DNA from: Alphaproteobacteria bacterium
Lineage (GTDB): Bacteria > Pseudomonadota > Alphaproteobacteria > GCA-2731375
NCBI GenBank assembly: GCA_965232515.1
Contig: CBDDPY010000002.1
Location: 1,536,001-1,600,000 of the forward strand
DNA length: 64,000 nt
Reading direction: 5' to 3'
The notes beneath the pieces are model-generated. The model made no database searches, was not told the DNA's origin, and saw nothing but the letters and a program-made list of their open reading frames with translations. Of this stretch, positions 38,585 to 49,107 are shown piece after piece. Both the position numbers and the translations under genes were made by a program. Numbering within the stretch: position 1 is the stretch's first letter; every line of letters begins with the position of its first letter.

Positions 38585-39393
38585 CGGCTTGCCGCCTCGG
38601 ACAGACGCGCGATGGCTTCGGCGACGAAGGGCGTGCCGCAGACCCAGAACCGGTCGGGCACCCGCACGACCGGCTTCTCGGCGAACGCGCGGCGCAGGGC
38701 GGGATGGCGAAACGCTTCGTTAGCACGGGCCGGGCTGTCATAGACCCGCCCCATGATCAGAATCTCGGGTGCGGCCGCCAGCAGGGTTTCGAGCGGCAGC
38801 TGGCCGGTGCCGGCGATCCCGAGCGCGTCGGCGAGATTGCGAAACCCCGCCGCGGCGACAATGGCGCTGGCAAGCGTGCCCCGCCCCGAGGTCCAGCCGT
38901 TCGCCCAATAGAGCGCGGCGAGCGGGCGGCGGTGCGTCACCGACGCATGGCGGTCGAGACGTGCGTCGAAATCGGCGATCAACTGGTCGCCCCGCGCGGC
39001 CTCGCCAACCGCCGACGCGACACGACGGACGTTCGTGCGGATGTCGTCGAGCCCGTTGGCGACCGGCACGTCGAGAACCGGATAGCCGAGCTTGCGCAGC
39101 AGGAACACGGTCGGTCGGGTCGTGAAGGCCCCGGCGACGACGAGGTCGGGTCGCAGCGGCAGGACCTCCTCGGCCAGGCCATGGTTCAGATGCAGACCGT
39201 TCGCTTTCTCGGCCAAAACCGACGACCGCGGATCGGCGGCGAGATAGCTGACCGAGGCAATGCGTTCACGGTCCGCCAGCAGCATCACAAGCTGGTCGGT
39301 GCACAGGTTCATCGAGACGATGCGCGCCGGCCGATCCGCCGCCGCCGTCGCCGGCAGCAGCAGCAACAGCGTCAGAAGCCTAATGACTGCCAC
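38581..39393 (-). CDS. btuF: Periplasmic cobalamin-binding protein
   Basis: RIVSMNLCTDQL, EEVLPLRPDLV, WVCG; GTG start estimated. Confidence 0.8.
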   Translation of the reverse strand: MAVIRLLTLLLLLPATAAADRPARIVSMNLCTDQLVMLLADRERIASVSYLAADPRSSVLAEKANGLHLNHGLAEEVLPLRPDLVVAGAFTTRPTVFLLRKLGYPVLDVPVANGLDDIRTNVRRVASAVGEAARGDQLIADFDARLDRHASVTHRRPLAALYWANGWTSGRGTLASAIVAAAGFRNLADALGIAGTGQLPLETLLAAAPEILIMGRVYDSPARANEAFRHPALRRAFAEKPVVRVPDRFWVCGTPFVAEAIARLSEAASR

Positions 39394-39979
39394 CGAAGCC
39401 CTTGCCCTCTTCGTCGAGCGCCTCCGGTTCGCGGCCGAGCCAGGTCCGGGCGACGGCACGCCAGACCGAGAGACGGCTGAAGTCCGGGACGTCGGCGATA
39501 AGGTCGTCGTCGGTCAGGAACGGATTGGGGAAGAACACCGAGATCATCGGCTCGTCCTTGCCGTTCCACATCTCGAAGCCCCAGCTCAACGGCTTGCCGT
39601 CGCGGCCGAAGCCGCGAAAGATCTGGGCCTTCGACGGTTTGCGGTGCGCCCGCAGCACCGGCGGCGTCGGGTTCGATTTCGAGCCCATGTTCTCGCCGAT
39701 GCAGAGATGGAAATGCCCGCCGCCGCCGAAATGCACCGTCAGATAACCGTCGAACAGCGTGATCTTGCGCGGCGCGGACGGGCAGCGGAACTCGTAGGCC
39801 GCGCCCTGGATCAGCGGACCGAACACCAGCCCCCGCCAATGCTTCTCGAACAGCTCGCGCAGGAACGGTTCGAGAAACGCTTCTTCGGCCGGCAGCGGCC
39901 AGACCTCGCGGGTTCGACGCCCCTCGGCGTCACGGACGGTTTCAGGTTCACTGTCGATCCGCCAGTTGGCCGCTGTCAT
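39380..39979 (-). CDS. Uncharacterised cytoplasmic protein in btu operon, possibly HemS/ChuX-like fold
   Basis: GAGGG RBS-like sequence, ATG 39979; FGPLIQGA, DGYLT, HFHLCIG, PNPFL motifs. Confidence 0.7.
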   Translation of the reverse strand: MTAANWRIDSEPETVRDAEGRRTREVWPLPAEEAFLEPFLRELFEKHWRGLVFGPLIQGAAYEFRCPSAPRKITLFDGYLTVHFGGGGHFHLCIGENMGSKSNPTPPVLRAHRKPSKAQIFRGFGRDGKPLSWGFEMWNGKDEPMISVFFPNPFLTDDDLIADVPDFSRLSVWRAVARTWLGREPEALDEEGKGFGGSH

Positions 39980-39996
39980 GTCCGAGACCTTCCCTC

Positions 39997-41961
39997 TTAG
40001 TTGTCGGCCGGATACGGGCCGAGCTTGATGCGGATGCCGACGTAACCGGCGATGCCGGGCGTGCCGAAGCCGAAAACTTCCTGGTAATCGTCGTCGAGCA
40101 GGTTCTCGCCACGGGCAAAGATTTCGACGCCATCGGCGACGGCATAGCTGGCGTTCAGGTTCACCAGCGTGAAGCTGCTCAGCGTCACGTTCCGTCTGGT
40201 GAGCGGAGAGAAGCTGTCGAAGACGATGTCGTCCTGTCGGCCGTTGAAGCGGAAACCCAGATTCACGTCGCCCGGCTTGCCGAACAGCGCGAAGGCGTGA
40301 CCGGCGTTGATGCTGGCGATATGCCGGGCGCGGCGCACGAGTTCCGTGCCGTCGGCATCCTCGCCGTCGGTGAAGGTATAGGCGGCGTCGAGACGCAGGC
40401 CCGGCCATGGTTCGGCCGACGCCGTGACCTCGATGCCCTGGATCTTGCTGGTGCCGGGCAGATTGACGGCCGTGTTGCCGCCGCCCTGGATCAGATCTTC
40501 GATGCGGTTGTTGAAGTAGGTGACGTCGACGATCAACCGGTCGCCGAGCAACGCCTGCTCGACGCCGACATCCCAGCCGAGGCTTTCCTCGGCCGTGAGG
40601 TTCGGATTGCCGGTGAAGGTCGGCGTCGACCCGAACAGCTCGAACAGCGTCGGGTTCTTGACGCCGCGGCCGACGCTCGCGTGCAGCCGGGTGCCGGTCG
40701 GGTCGTGCAGATAGGCCGCTGTACCGCGATAGGTGCTCTCGTTGTCGAACAGATCGTCGTTGTCGTCGTAGCGGAGGCTGCCGGAGAGGAACAGCCGATC
40801 CCAGAGGCCGATGCGATATTCGCCGACATAGCCATAATTGACGATATCGACGCCATTGGGTCCGGCGAAGCCGCTTTCGGTGAACTGCTCTTCCCGCTCG
40901 CGCTCGGCCGCCAGCGTCACCGTGTGCTCGGCACGGGCGATGTCGGACGTCGTGAACAGGACGTTGATCTGGTAGTCGAGCTTGGACTTCTCGCCCTCGG
41001 ATGTGAATGTCTGCGCGCCGGTGCGGTCGAAGAAATCGCGTTCGTTCTCGACGTGGCTGGCGTTGGCGATGTGCTGCCACGCGCCGTCGAAGAGATCGAG
41101 CCGGGCGCCGATCCGGCCGTAGCGCTCGAGTGTGTCGGACTCATCGTCGGAATCGATCGCGTTGACGACGGCCGCGTCGGCATCGCCTTCCCGCTCGCTC
41201 TCGACCAGCATGCCGACGGCGTCGATCTCGAGGTTGTCGAACGGCCGAAATCCGAGCTTCAGCCGCGCCGTCGTGTTGTCGTAGCCGTCGTCCTCGGCAT
41301 TGCCGTTGGCGGCATCCGCGACGGAAACGCCGTTGGTCGCGAGCCGGTTGACGGTGGCGCTGACAAAGAACCGCTCACCACCATAGCCGAGACCGAGCAG
41401 GCCATCGCGGGTCGTGAACGACCCGGCCTCGCCACGCGCGGTCAGCGTCAGTCCCGGTTGCGGCCGCCTGGTGACGATGTTGACGACGCCGCCGATAGCA
41501 TCGCTGCCGTAGAGCGCGCTCTGCGGTCCACGCAGCACCTCGATGCGGTCGACCTCGGCATTCAGGAGGTTGGCGAAATCGAACTCGGATCCGCCGGCCG
41601 GATTGTTGACCTCGATACCGTCGATCAGCACCAGCGTCTGGTTGCCTTCCGCGCCGCGGATGCGCAATTGCGTCAGCGCCCCGACCGGCCCCGCCCGATT
41701 GACGGCAACGCCCGGAACGTCGCGCAGCACGTCGGAGACGACGCGAACCTGACGTCGTTCGAGCTGCTCGCCGGTGATCACCGTGACGGCGCTGCCGATT
41801 TCGTCGGCCGGCAGCGGCATACGGCTGGCCGAAACGACGATTTCGGGCAGCCGGAGCGCCGAATCGTCGGCCATTGCCGCAAGGTTAGATACGCCGACTG
41901 TCACGGCGATCAGGCACGCCAACAGGCGATTTAAGACATATCGATGTGAAGAAACGAACAT
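39997..41961 (-). CDS. btuB: TonB-dependent cobalamin receptor
   Basis: EIVVSASR TonB box, plug (RIEVLRGPQSALYGSDAIGGVVNI), ENLLD; directly downstream of B12 riboswitch. Confidence 0.88.
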   Translation of the reverse strand: MFVSSHRYVLNRLLACLIAVTVGVSNLAAMADDSALRLPEIVVSASRMPLPADEIGSAVTVITGEQLERRQVRVVSDVLRDVPGVAVNRAGPVGALTQLRIRGAEGNQTLVLIDGIEVNNPAGGSEFDFANLLNAEVDRIEVLRGPQSALYGSDAIGGVVNIVTRRPQPGLTLTARGEAGSFTTRDGLLGLGYGGERFFVSATVNRLATNGVSVADAANGNAEDDGYDNTTARLKLGFRPFDNLEIDAVGMLVESEREGDADAAVVNAIDSDDESDTLERYGRIGARLDLFDGAWQHIANASHVENERDFFDRTGAQTFTSEGEKSKLDYQINVLFTTSDIARAEHTVTLAAEREREEQFTESGFAGPNGVDIVNYGYVGEYRIGLWDRLFLSGSLRYDDNDDLFDNESTYRGTAAYLHDPTGTRLHASVGRGVKNPTLFELFGSTPTFTGNPNLTAEESLGWDVGVEQALLGDRLIVDVTYFNNRIEDLIQGGGNTAVNLPGTSKIQGIEVTASAEPWPGLRLDAAYTFTDGEDADGTELVRRARHIASINAGHAFALFGKPGDVNLGFRFNGRQDDIVFDSFSPLTRRNVTLSSFTLVNLNASYAVADGVEIFARGENLLDDDYQEVFGFGTPGIAGYVGIRIKLGPYPADN

Positions 41962-42219
41962 TGACGGCCCCCTTCGGTCTTGCCGGTTCAAGATCTGAGT
42001 GGAGGCGCATGACGGCCCGTGCCGCCGGCGCCCGACGACGGAAACCGACGTCGCGGCCGAGCGGAACGGCCAGCCCGATTCGATCGAGCCTTGAACGTTT
42101 CAACGGTCCGGGAGGAATTTCACCCACGACCAAAACCCCCAGCAGCCACGCGTTTCCGCGCGCCACCGCAAACGGGTTTCCGTCCCACCGACACACCCCG
42201 GACCGTGGTTGGGTGACGC

Positions 42220-42410
42220 TGGCGACGGCAGGTCTCCTGGCTCACGGGTCGTCGCCAGCGCCCGGCCTTCCCAGTTTCCCAGTGGCCAGATTTGGGCGCT
42301 CGCTCGCCGCCTACAGTTGCGGGGGCAGCCGGGGCATCGGTTTGACCGCCCGATATCGGCGATCGCGTCTTACCCCGTTCCCTTTCACGTCCCTTGCGGG
42401 AACCGTCACT
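42220..42410 (-). ncRNA. Cobalamin riboswitch
   Basis: Minus strand: AAAGGGAA, GCCCCCGCAACTGT, GCCACTGGGAAACTGGGAAGG, AGCCAGGAGACCTGCC (B12 box). Confidence 0.93.
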
Positions 42411-42571
42411 GCGCCGATCCTAGCTTCGCCAATATTGAGGGCGCAACCGATTTGGCGCACGCGCATGCGATTCTGATTGGAAATACCGATCATAAGTCGC
42501 TGATATATCGATTTTCCAAATCAAACCAACCCTGTCATCTTCGGACCACCACGAGATCAGGAGACCCGAGG

Positions 42572-44071
42572 ATGAACATGGCGCTGAAAACGCACGATAC
42601 GGAGGACATGCTGGTGGCGGCGGATACGGCCGAGTCCGTGCCGGTCACCGTTGCCTATGGCGACGGCATCGGACCGGAAATCATGAATGCGAGCCTGAAG
42701 GTGCTGTTGGCGGCGGGCGCGAAACTGTCCATCGAGCCGATCGATATCGGCGAGCAGGTCTATCTCGCCGGACATTCGGCAGGGATCTCGTCGGAGGCCT
42801 GGAACAGCCTGCGCCGCACCAAGCTGTTCTACAAGGCGCCGATCACGACGCCGCAGGGCGGCGGCTACAAGAGCCTGAACGTGACCGTGCGCAAGACGCT
42901 GGGGCTGTTCGCCAACGTCCGGCCGAGCGTCGCTTATTCGCCGTTCGTCGCGACCAAACATCCCGGCATGGACGTGGTCGTGGTGCGCGAGAACGAGGAA
43001 GACCTTTATGCCGGCATCGAGCACCGGCAGACCGACGACGTGGTGCAGTGCCTGAAGCTGATCTCGCGGCCGGGCTGCGAGAAGATCGCGCGCTATGCCT
43101 TCGAATACGCGAAGGCGCACGGCCGCCAAAAGGTTACCTGCTTCACCAAAGACAACATCATGAAGCTGAGCGACGGCCTGTTCCACCAGGTCTTCGACGA
43201 GGTCGCGGCCGAGTATCCGGAGATCGAGAACGAGCACTGGATCATCGACATTGGCGCGGCGAAGCTGGCCGACACGCCCGAGGCGTTCGACGTCGTCGTC
43301 ATGCCCAACCTCTATGGCGATGTCCTGAGCGACGTCTCGGCGCAGATCGCCGGCTCGGTCGGCCTGGCGCCATCGGCCAATATCGGCGCCGAATGCGCCA
43401 TGTTCGAGGCGATCCACGGCTCGGCGCCGCGCCGCGCCGGCCAGGACATCGCTAACCCGTCCGGCCTGTTGCTGGCGGGCGTGATGATGATGGTGCATGC
43501 GGGCCAACCCGCCGTCGCCGAGCGCGTCCACAACGCCTGGCTGAAGACCATCGAGGACGGCATCCACACCTACGACATCTTCAAGGAAGGCGTGTCGACC
43601 AAGAAAGTCGGGACCTCGGCCTTTGCGAACGCCGTGATCGCCAACCTGGGCCAAAAGCCGACGCAGCTGCAGCCGGTCACCTATGCCGCCAACGCCAAGC
43701 CGTTCGCGGTGCCGACCGCCAGTCCGCGCACGCCGGCCAACAAGGAGCTCGTCGGCATCGACGTCTTCGTACAGTCGACGGCGCCGGTCTCGCAGCTCGC
43801 CGGCGACATGCAGCGGGCGGACAACGGCGCGGTGAAGCTGGCCATGATCACCAACCGGGGCGTCAAGGTCTGGCCGGACGGTTTGCCCGAGACCTTCTGC
43901 ACCGACCACTGGCGCTGCCGCTTCCTGGCAAATCCGGGCGAGACCTTCGACCACGCGTCGATTGTCAAGCTGCTGACAAGCCTGACGACGGCCGGCATCG
44001 ACTTTATCAAGACCGAGCATCTCTACATGTTCGACGGCGAGCCGGGCTATTCCCTAGGCCAAGGCCAATAG
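42572..44071 (+). CDS. icd: NADP-dependent isocitrate dehydrogenase (ICDH_alpha type)
   Basis: GDGIGPEI, KAPITTPQGGGYKSLN, PNLYGD, FEAIHGSAP, C-terminal extension ending YSLGQGQ. Confidence 0.93.
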   Translation: MNMALKTHDTEDMLVAADTAESVPVTVAYGDGIGPEIMNASLKVLLAAGAKLSIEPIDIGEQVYLAGHSAGISSEAWNSLRRTKLFYKAPITTPQGGGYKSLNVTVRKTLGLFANVRPSVAYSPFVATKHPGMDVVVVRENEEDLYAGIEHRQTDDVVQCLKLISRPGCEKIARYAFEYAKAHGRQKVTCFTKDNIMKLSDGLFHQVFDEVAAEYPEIENEHWIIDIGAAKLADTPEAFDVVVMPNLYGDVLSDVSAQIAGSVGLAPSANIGAECAMFEAIHGSAPRRAGQDIANPSGLLLAGVMMMVHAGQPAVAERVHNAWLKTIEDGIHTYDIFKEGVSTKKVGTSAFANAVIANLGQKPTQLQPVTYAANAKPFAVPTASPRTPANKELVGIDVFVQSTAPVSQLAGDMQRADNGAVKLAMITNRGVKVWPDGLPETFCTDHWRCRFLANPGETFDHASIVKLLTSLTTAGIDFIKTEHLYMFDGEPGYSLGQGQ

Positions 44072-44075
44072 GACA

Positions 44076-44107
44076 ACGGCGCGCCCTCTCCGCCGAGGGC
44101 GCGCCGT
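44076..44107. terminator. GC-rich hairpin between convergent genes
   Basis: ACGGCGCGCCCTC-N6-GAGGGCGCGCCGT; no clear U-tract. Confidence 0.55.
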
Positions 44108-44198
44108 CATTGCCGATGCGGCGCATCTCAAAGTCTGCATATGGCCTATACGTGCATCTTTAGACCGTGAACAAACGTCGGACGCGGCGTTTTCTTGG

Positions 44199-45140
44199 TT
44201 AGTGCCGGGCGGCACGACGGAAGGCGCCGGGGCCGGTGCCGAAGGCGGCTTTGAAACGGCGGGTGAAGGACGGCAGGCTGGCGTAGCCGCAACGTAGCGC
44301 GATCTCGTCGGTGCCGAGACTGGTATCCCGCAGCAGCCGGCGCGCCTGCATCAAGCGCCAGTTGGTGAGATAGGCGATGGGCGTTTCGCCGACCATCGTC
44401 GTAAAACGCTCGGCGAACACGCTGCGCGACATGCCGGCGGCGCGCGCGAGGCTGGTCAGCGTCCAGGGCGTTTCCGGCTGGTCATGCATGCCGCGCAGCG
44501 CGGCGCCAAGTTTCGGATCGGACAAGGCCTGCAGATAACCGGAGGACGCCGCGGCCTCGCCGCCGATCCGCGCCCGCACGGTCTGGATGAACACCACCTC
44601 GAGCAGCCGGCTGAGGATGCCGTTCATTCCCTCGCCGGCGAAATCGGCCTCCATGGCCATGAGCCGCAGGACGGCGGCCAGCCACGGCTCGCCGCCGAGC
44701 TTCGACGGAACGACCTCGATGAACTCGGGCAACAGCGACAGAACGGGGTGATCGACCGCCTCGTCGAAGCTGCAGAAACCGCAGAGCAGGCGCACGCGCC
44801 CCTCGCCATCATGGCGAATGGTCAGCACGCCGGCTTCGTCGGGCGCTACCCGGGCCAGCACGGCGTCCAACCGCTTGGGCTTGCGTCCCGCGCGGTCGGC
44901 CAGAATATGCGCCCGGCCGTGCGGCACGACCGCCAGGTCGCCGGCTTCCAACACGACGGCCTCGCCATCACCGCTGAGCGCCACGGCGCAGCGGCCCTGC
45001 AGCACCAGATGGAAACGGATCTTGCGTCGGTCGGCCGGGATCTCGATGGCCCAGGCGCCGGTTATGTCGGTCCGGAAATAGAGCTCGCTACGCAGATGCA
45101 GAGCCTGAAAAACGTCGGAAAGGACATCCGTTTTGTTCAT
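44199..45140 (-). CDS. AraC-family regulator with cupin domain
   Basis: DVLSDV, FHLVLQG, AGMSRSVFAERF, WRL motifs. Confidence 0.9.
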   Translation of the reverse strand: MNKTDVLSDVFQALHLRSELYFRTDITGAWAIEIPADRRKIRFHLVLQGRCAVALSGDGEAVVLEAGDLAVVPHGRAHILADRAGRKPKRLDAVLARVAPDEAGVLTIRHDGEGRVRLLCGFCSFDEAVDHPVLSLLPEFIEVVPSKLGGEPWLAAVLRLMAMEADFAGEGMNGILSRLLEVVFIQTVRARIGGEAAASSGYLQALSDPKLGAALRGMHDQPETPWTLTSLARAAGMSRSVFAERFTTMVGETPIAYLTNWRLMQARRLLRDTSLGTDEIALRCGYASLPSFTRRFKAAFGTGPGAFRRAARH

Positions 45141-45246
45141 ACCGGCAACACTGACAGACGATCGGATAAAAACAAAGCACTAGTGGGCAAATACTTTCCG
45201 CCGTCTACCGACTACATCCGGGGCGACCAATGACGGAGGCCTCGAT

Positions 45247-46113
45247 ATGAGCAAGACGTTTCTGATCACCGGCGCGACCGGCAAGGTCGGCTCCGCCGTC
45301 GCACGGGCGCTCGCCGCGCAAGGCATTCGCGCCCGCCTCGCCCAACATGCGGCGACGGTCGACATTGACGGCCACGACGCGGTGCCGTTCGACTATGACG
45401 ATCCGGCGACGATCCGGTCCGCACTCGACGGCGTCGACGGGCTGGTTCTGCTGACCCCGCCCGCGAACCGGCAGACGGATTGGGCGGCGCTGACGATCGA
45501 CTTCGCCCTGAGCGCAGGCGTCGACCGCATCGTGCGGCTGTCCGTCGCCGCCGCGCCGCTGGTGCCGGGCATTCAGCTCGGCCGCTGGCACCGCATGACC
45601 GAGCGCTATCTGCAGGCCTCGGGCGCGCGCTGGACCATCGTCCGGCCGGTGCCCTACATGCAGAACTTTCTCGGCATGTATTCGGCCGCGGACGACGGCG
45701 CGTTGACGGCGCCGCTGGGCGAAGCCGCGATCTCGTATGTCGACGCCGAGGATGTGGGCAGGTTCTGCGCCTGGGCGCTGCAGAACGACGACGCGATCGG
45801 CGAGACCTATACCGTCACCGGCGACGATGTGCTGACCACAAGCGCCGCCGTGGCGGCTCTGGAAACGACGCTCGGGACCGCTGTCGCCTACCGGCCGGCC
45901 GGGATCGGCGATTGGCGGCGACAGATGGCGGCCGGCGGCGCCCCGGGCTGGTTCGTCGATGCGCTGGCAGAACTGCTCACGGCGCTAAGCGCCGGCGCCG
46001 TCTCGGCGACGACGCAAACGCTTGCCAACACGCTGCCGTCGCCGCCAACATCCTTCGCCGATTTCGCCGCCCGGCACCGGGATCAGCTGCGGGCGCGGTT
46101 TTCATCTCAATAA
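45247..46113 (+). CDS. NmrA-like NAD(P)H-binding oxidoreductase
   Basis: ITGATGKVG; WH..E; RP..YMQN; VDAEDV. Confidence 0.85.
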   Translation: MSKTFLITGATGKVGSAVARALAAQGIRARLAQHAATVDIDGHDAVPFDYDDPATIRSALDGVDGLVLLTPPANRQTDWAALTIDFALSAGVDRIVRLSVAAAPLVPGIQLGRWHRMTERYLQASGARWTIVRPVPYMQNFLGMYSAADDGALTAPLGEAAISYVDAEDVGRFCAWALQNDDAIGETYTVTGDDVLTTSAAVAALETTLGTAVAYRPAGIGDWRRQMAAGGAPGWFVDALAELLTALSAGAVSATTQTLANTLPSPPTSFADFAARHRDQLRARFSSQ

Positions 46114-46136
46114 GACCTGCCGACCAGGAGCCAGCC

Positions 46137-46565
46137 ATGAAGATCGACGTGCCGCAGAGCCTTGCGGCCTGGAACGAACGCGGGACGGCGTATCTGCCCG
46201 GCCTGCTGGGCATGGAATTCGTGAAGGTCGAGCCGGACGAGGTCGTCGGCCGTTTCACGGTGAGCCGCGCGCACAGCGCCTGGAACGGCTTCCTGCACGC
46301 CGGCGCCGTCGTCAGCCTGGCCGATACCTGCTGCGGCTACGGCACGCTCAAGGCCCTGCCGGACGGCGCCGACGGCTTCACGACGGTCGATCTCGCGTCG
46401 AACTTCGTCGGCACCGCGCGCAACGACACCGTGACCTGCACCGCCCGGCCGCTACATCAGGGCCGGACGACGCAGGTCTGGGACGCGACGGTAACATCGG
46501 AGGCCTCAGGCAAGGCTATCGCGCACTTCCGCTGCACGCAGATGATCCTCTGGCCGAAATCCTGA
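46137..46565 (+). CDS. PaaI-family thioesterase
   Basis: NGFLHAGAVVSLADT; GRTTQVW. Confidence 0.88.
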   Translation: MKIDVPQSLAAWNERGTAYLPGLLGMEFVKVEPDEVVGRFTVSRAHSAWNGFLHAGAVVSLADTCCGYGTLKALPDGADGFTTVDLASNFVGTARNDTVTCTARPLHQGRTTQVWDATVTSEASGKAIAHFRCTQMILWPKS

Positions 46566-46581
46566 GCGCGTCACCCGTGCG

Positions 46582-47052
46582 TCACTCGGCGAACTGGACG
46601 TAAACGCCACCGGGGCCGGGCGGCGAGAGCTGCAGCCCCTCGCCGCTGGCCTTGGCCTTGATCACCACGCATTTGCTGTTGTTGGCGAGCACTTCGCCCT
46701 TGCCAACCGCGACCGTGGCGGCGGCACTGCCGCCGTAATAGACGCCGATGAAATCCTTGAGGTCGCTGAGATTGTAGACGTCGCCCTCGACCTTGCGCAC
46801 CGTCGCCCCGGTTTCGATCAGCTTCAGGCCCTGGAAGCTGAAATTGTGACTCTCGCCATTGTTCAGCGTCAGCGTGCCCTTGCCCCAGCGGATGCCGGCG
46901 ATAAAGGCGACACTGGTTAGGTCGGCCGTTATCGTCCCGGACTTGACCATGCCCTGCTCTTCGCAGGGCGTCTGCTCCTGGGCCTGGGCCGGCATGACCG
47001 CAACGAGACCGCCGAGCGCGCAGCACAACGCGAACAGAATGCTGGTTTTCAT
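46582..47052 (-). CDS. Secreted small beta-rich protein (DUF1134-like)
   Basis: Signal ending AQA; WGKGTL, GDVYNL..L.DF.G.Y. Confidence 0.65.
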   Translation of the reverse strand: MKTSILFALCCALGGLVAVMPAQAQEQTPCEEQGMVKSGTITADLTSVAFIAGIRWGKGTLTLNNGESHNFSFQGLKLIETGATVRKVEGDVYNLSDLKDFIGVYYGGSAAATVAVGKGEVLANNSKCVVIKAKASGEGLQLSPPGPGGVYVQFAE

Positions 47053-47245
47053 GATGATGCCCCTGTTTCGGTTGGTGGACCCCTGCCCGAACCCACTTTC
47101 CGCAATACTTGCAAAAGTATGCCGCCGTACACCGAGGTCAAACCGACGGCGCGAAGAATGCGTCAAAAGCCGCGATGCGCTTCATGACCTTATCCCCCGA
47201 ATCGGCCGATGATGGCGGGCGCTGGAAAAATCGGGGCGGATCGTC

Positions 47246-47863
47246 GTGGCGGAAGATGTTGCAGGAACCGCGGGTTATGTCGAAGAGGCCGCGCGGCTGA
47301 TCGCACCCTATGAGGAGATCGCGTTCGAGGACGTGCATGCGGCCGTGCTGCACCTGGTGCCGCCGAACGCCGGACGGGTGCTCGATGTCGGCGCCGGCAC
47401 GGGGCGCGACGCCGCGCGGTTCGCCGAGATGGGCCATCGGGTGGTGGCGGTTGAGCCGACCGACGCGCTGCGCGAAGCCGCGATCCGGCTGCATCCGTCG
47501 CCGGCGATCGACTGGGTCGATGACGGGCTGCCCGAGCTGATGCACGTCGTCGCGCGCAACGAACAGTTCGATGTCGTCATGCTGACCGCCGTCTGGATGC
47601 ATCTCGACGCCGCCGAGCGCCGAACGGGGATGCCGGTCCTTGCTGGCCTGCTACGGCGCGGCGGCGTCATGATCATGTCGCTGCGCCACGGACCGGTGCC
47701 GGACGGTCGCCGGATGTTCGAGGTGACGGCCGAAGAGACAATCGACCTTGCGGCAGCCGATGGCTTGCGGCCGACGCTGCAACGGCAAAGCGAGTCCCTG
47801 CAAGCGGCGAACCGGCGCGCCGGCGTCACCTGGACGCACCTGGCCTTCGAACGGCCGCGCTAG
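47246..47863 (+). CDS. Class I SAM-dependent methyltransferase
   Basis: VLDVGAGTGRDA, AVEP, AVWMHL, SLRHGP. Confidence 0.88.
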   Translation: MAEDVAGTAGYVEEAARLIAPYEEIAFEDVHAAVLHLVPPNAGRVLDVGAGTGRDAARFAEMGHRVVAVEPTDALREAAIRLHPSPAIDWVDDGLPELMHVVARNEQFDVVMLTAVWMHLDAAERRTGMPVLAGLLRRGGVMIMSLRHGPVPDGRRMFEVTAEETIDLAAADGLRPTLQRQSESLQAANRRAGVTWTHLAFERPR

Positions 47864-49107
47864 TTCAGACCGAGTTGCTTGCCGGCGTTTTCGTGGACGA
47901 TCCAGTCCTGGGCCTCGAGTGCCGCCCGCGCGGCCGGACTGATCGAGCCCTCGAACCACATCTCGCCGCCGCTGACGCCCTCGATATTGGCGAGGTCCTG
48001 CATGTTCGTCGCGTGCCGTTGGGCGATCGCGCCGGTCCAGGCGAGGTGGTCGATGGGGAACACGCCGACGAGCACGCCGTCCGCGCGCTGGCCGAACGGC
48101 GCATTGCCGATCCGGACGAAGCGCGCGAGCGGGGTCACCTCACGGTGATAGCCCATCAGCGCCTCGGCCCAGCGCCGCATGAAATAGGCCTCGTCCTCGT
48201 TCTGCACCAGAAGCGTCCGCTCGACAAAAGCCTGGCGCTGGCCGGCGCCGGTGCGGGCCATGGCCTCGACCAGGACGGTCTTCTGTGTCGGTGAGAATTT
48301 CGGGTGCTCCAGAAACAGCCGCGCGATGTCGTCGTTGACATACATCGCCGACAGTTTGTCGGCGTTGATGCGCTTGAGTTCCGCCGGGGTGTTCTCGGCG
48401 ATCAGCTTAGCCATGCCGCCGGCAAGCTTGGTGCCGGAGAGCGCGCGGCCGGCCGGCGCGTCGATAGCGCCGAATGCTGCCGAGACCGTCATGGTGCCGC
48501 CGGTCGCGGCCCAGCTGATCTCATCCAGCCGTTCGCGGACCGGCGGAAAGTTGGTGTAGGGGTCGATGCCGAAGCCGAAGGCGAACTGACGCTTCGCCTC
48601 GTCGAAACCGAGCGCGGTCTTAAGGGCGCCGGCCTCCTGGTCGCTCGGGCTGCCGAACATGGAATGGCCGAGGCTTTGGAAGAAGGTACCGACTCCAGAG
48701 CCAATTCTTTTCGTCGTCTCGACCGGACTAGTGACCAGATTGCCGACCGTGCGGAACGGCATCTTGGCGCCTTCCTTGACGGCGTCCTTGAACACATCGG
48801 TGCGCTTGATGTCGTCCATGCTGTCGAGCGCCGCCAGTTCAGCCAACCGCTCGCGCATCAGCGCATTACCCTGTACCTGATAGGTCTCGCCATCGACGGT
48901 GACGGCGAACCGGTTCAGATAGCCATTGTTCCTGGCCGCCGGATCGATGTCGTAGTTCGCACCGGACAGTGAAAATCCACCCAGCATCTCACTGGCATCG
49001 AAGGTCGGTGGAACGTCCGCTTCGTTGTCGGCAGGTGCCGTCTGAGTTAACGCCAACACGGTGGCCGTTCCGAAACCGAGTGCGGCAAGCCAGGCGATAC
49101 GGTTCAT
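47860..49107 (-). CDS. Hypothetical secreted protein
   Basis: Signal peptide; GGGAGG RBS; 415-aa ORF. Confidence 0.75.
   Translation of the reverse strand: MNRIAWLAALGFGTATVLALTQTAPADNEADVPPTFDASEMLGGFSLSGANYDIDPAARNNGYLNRFAVTVDGETYQVQGNALMRERLAELAALDSMDDIKRTDVFKDAVKEGAKMPFRTVGNLVTSPVETTKRIGSGVGTFFQSLGHSMFGSPSDQEAGALKTALGFDEAKRQFAFGFGIDPYTNFPPVRERLDEISWAATGGTMTVSAAFGAIDAPAGRALSGTKLAGGMAKLIAENTPAELKRINADKLSAMYVNDDIARLFLEHPKFSPTQKTVLVEAMARTGAGQRQAFVERTLLVQNEDEAYFMRRWAEALMGYHREVTPLARFVRIGNAPFGQRADGVLVGVFPIDHLAWTGAIAQRHATNMQDLANIEGVSGGEMWFEGSISPAARAALEAQDWIVHENAGKQLGLN

Noticed and set aside
39980-41080. Long N-terminal extension of the 39380-41080 ORF
   Set aside because: Out-of-frame overlap with btuB; the real start is ATG 39979
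42209-42571. N-terminal extension of icd
   Set aside because: Runs antisense through the riboswitch; AGGAG RBS supports ATG 42572
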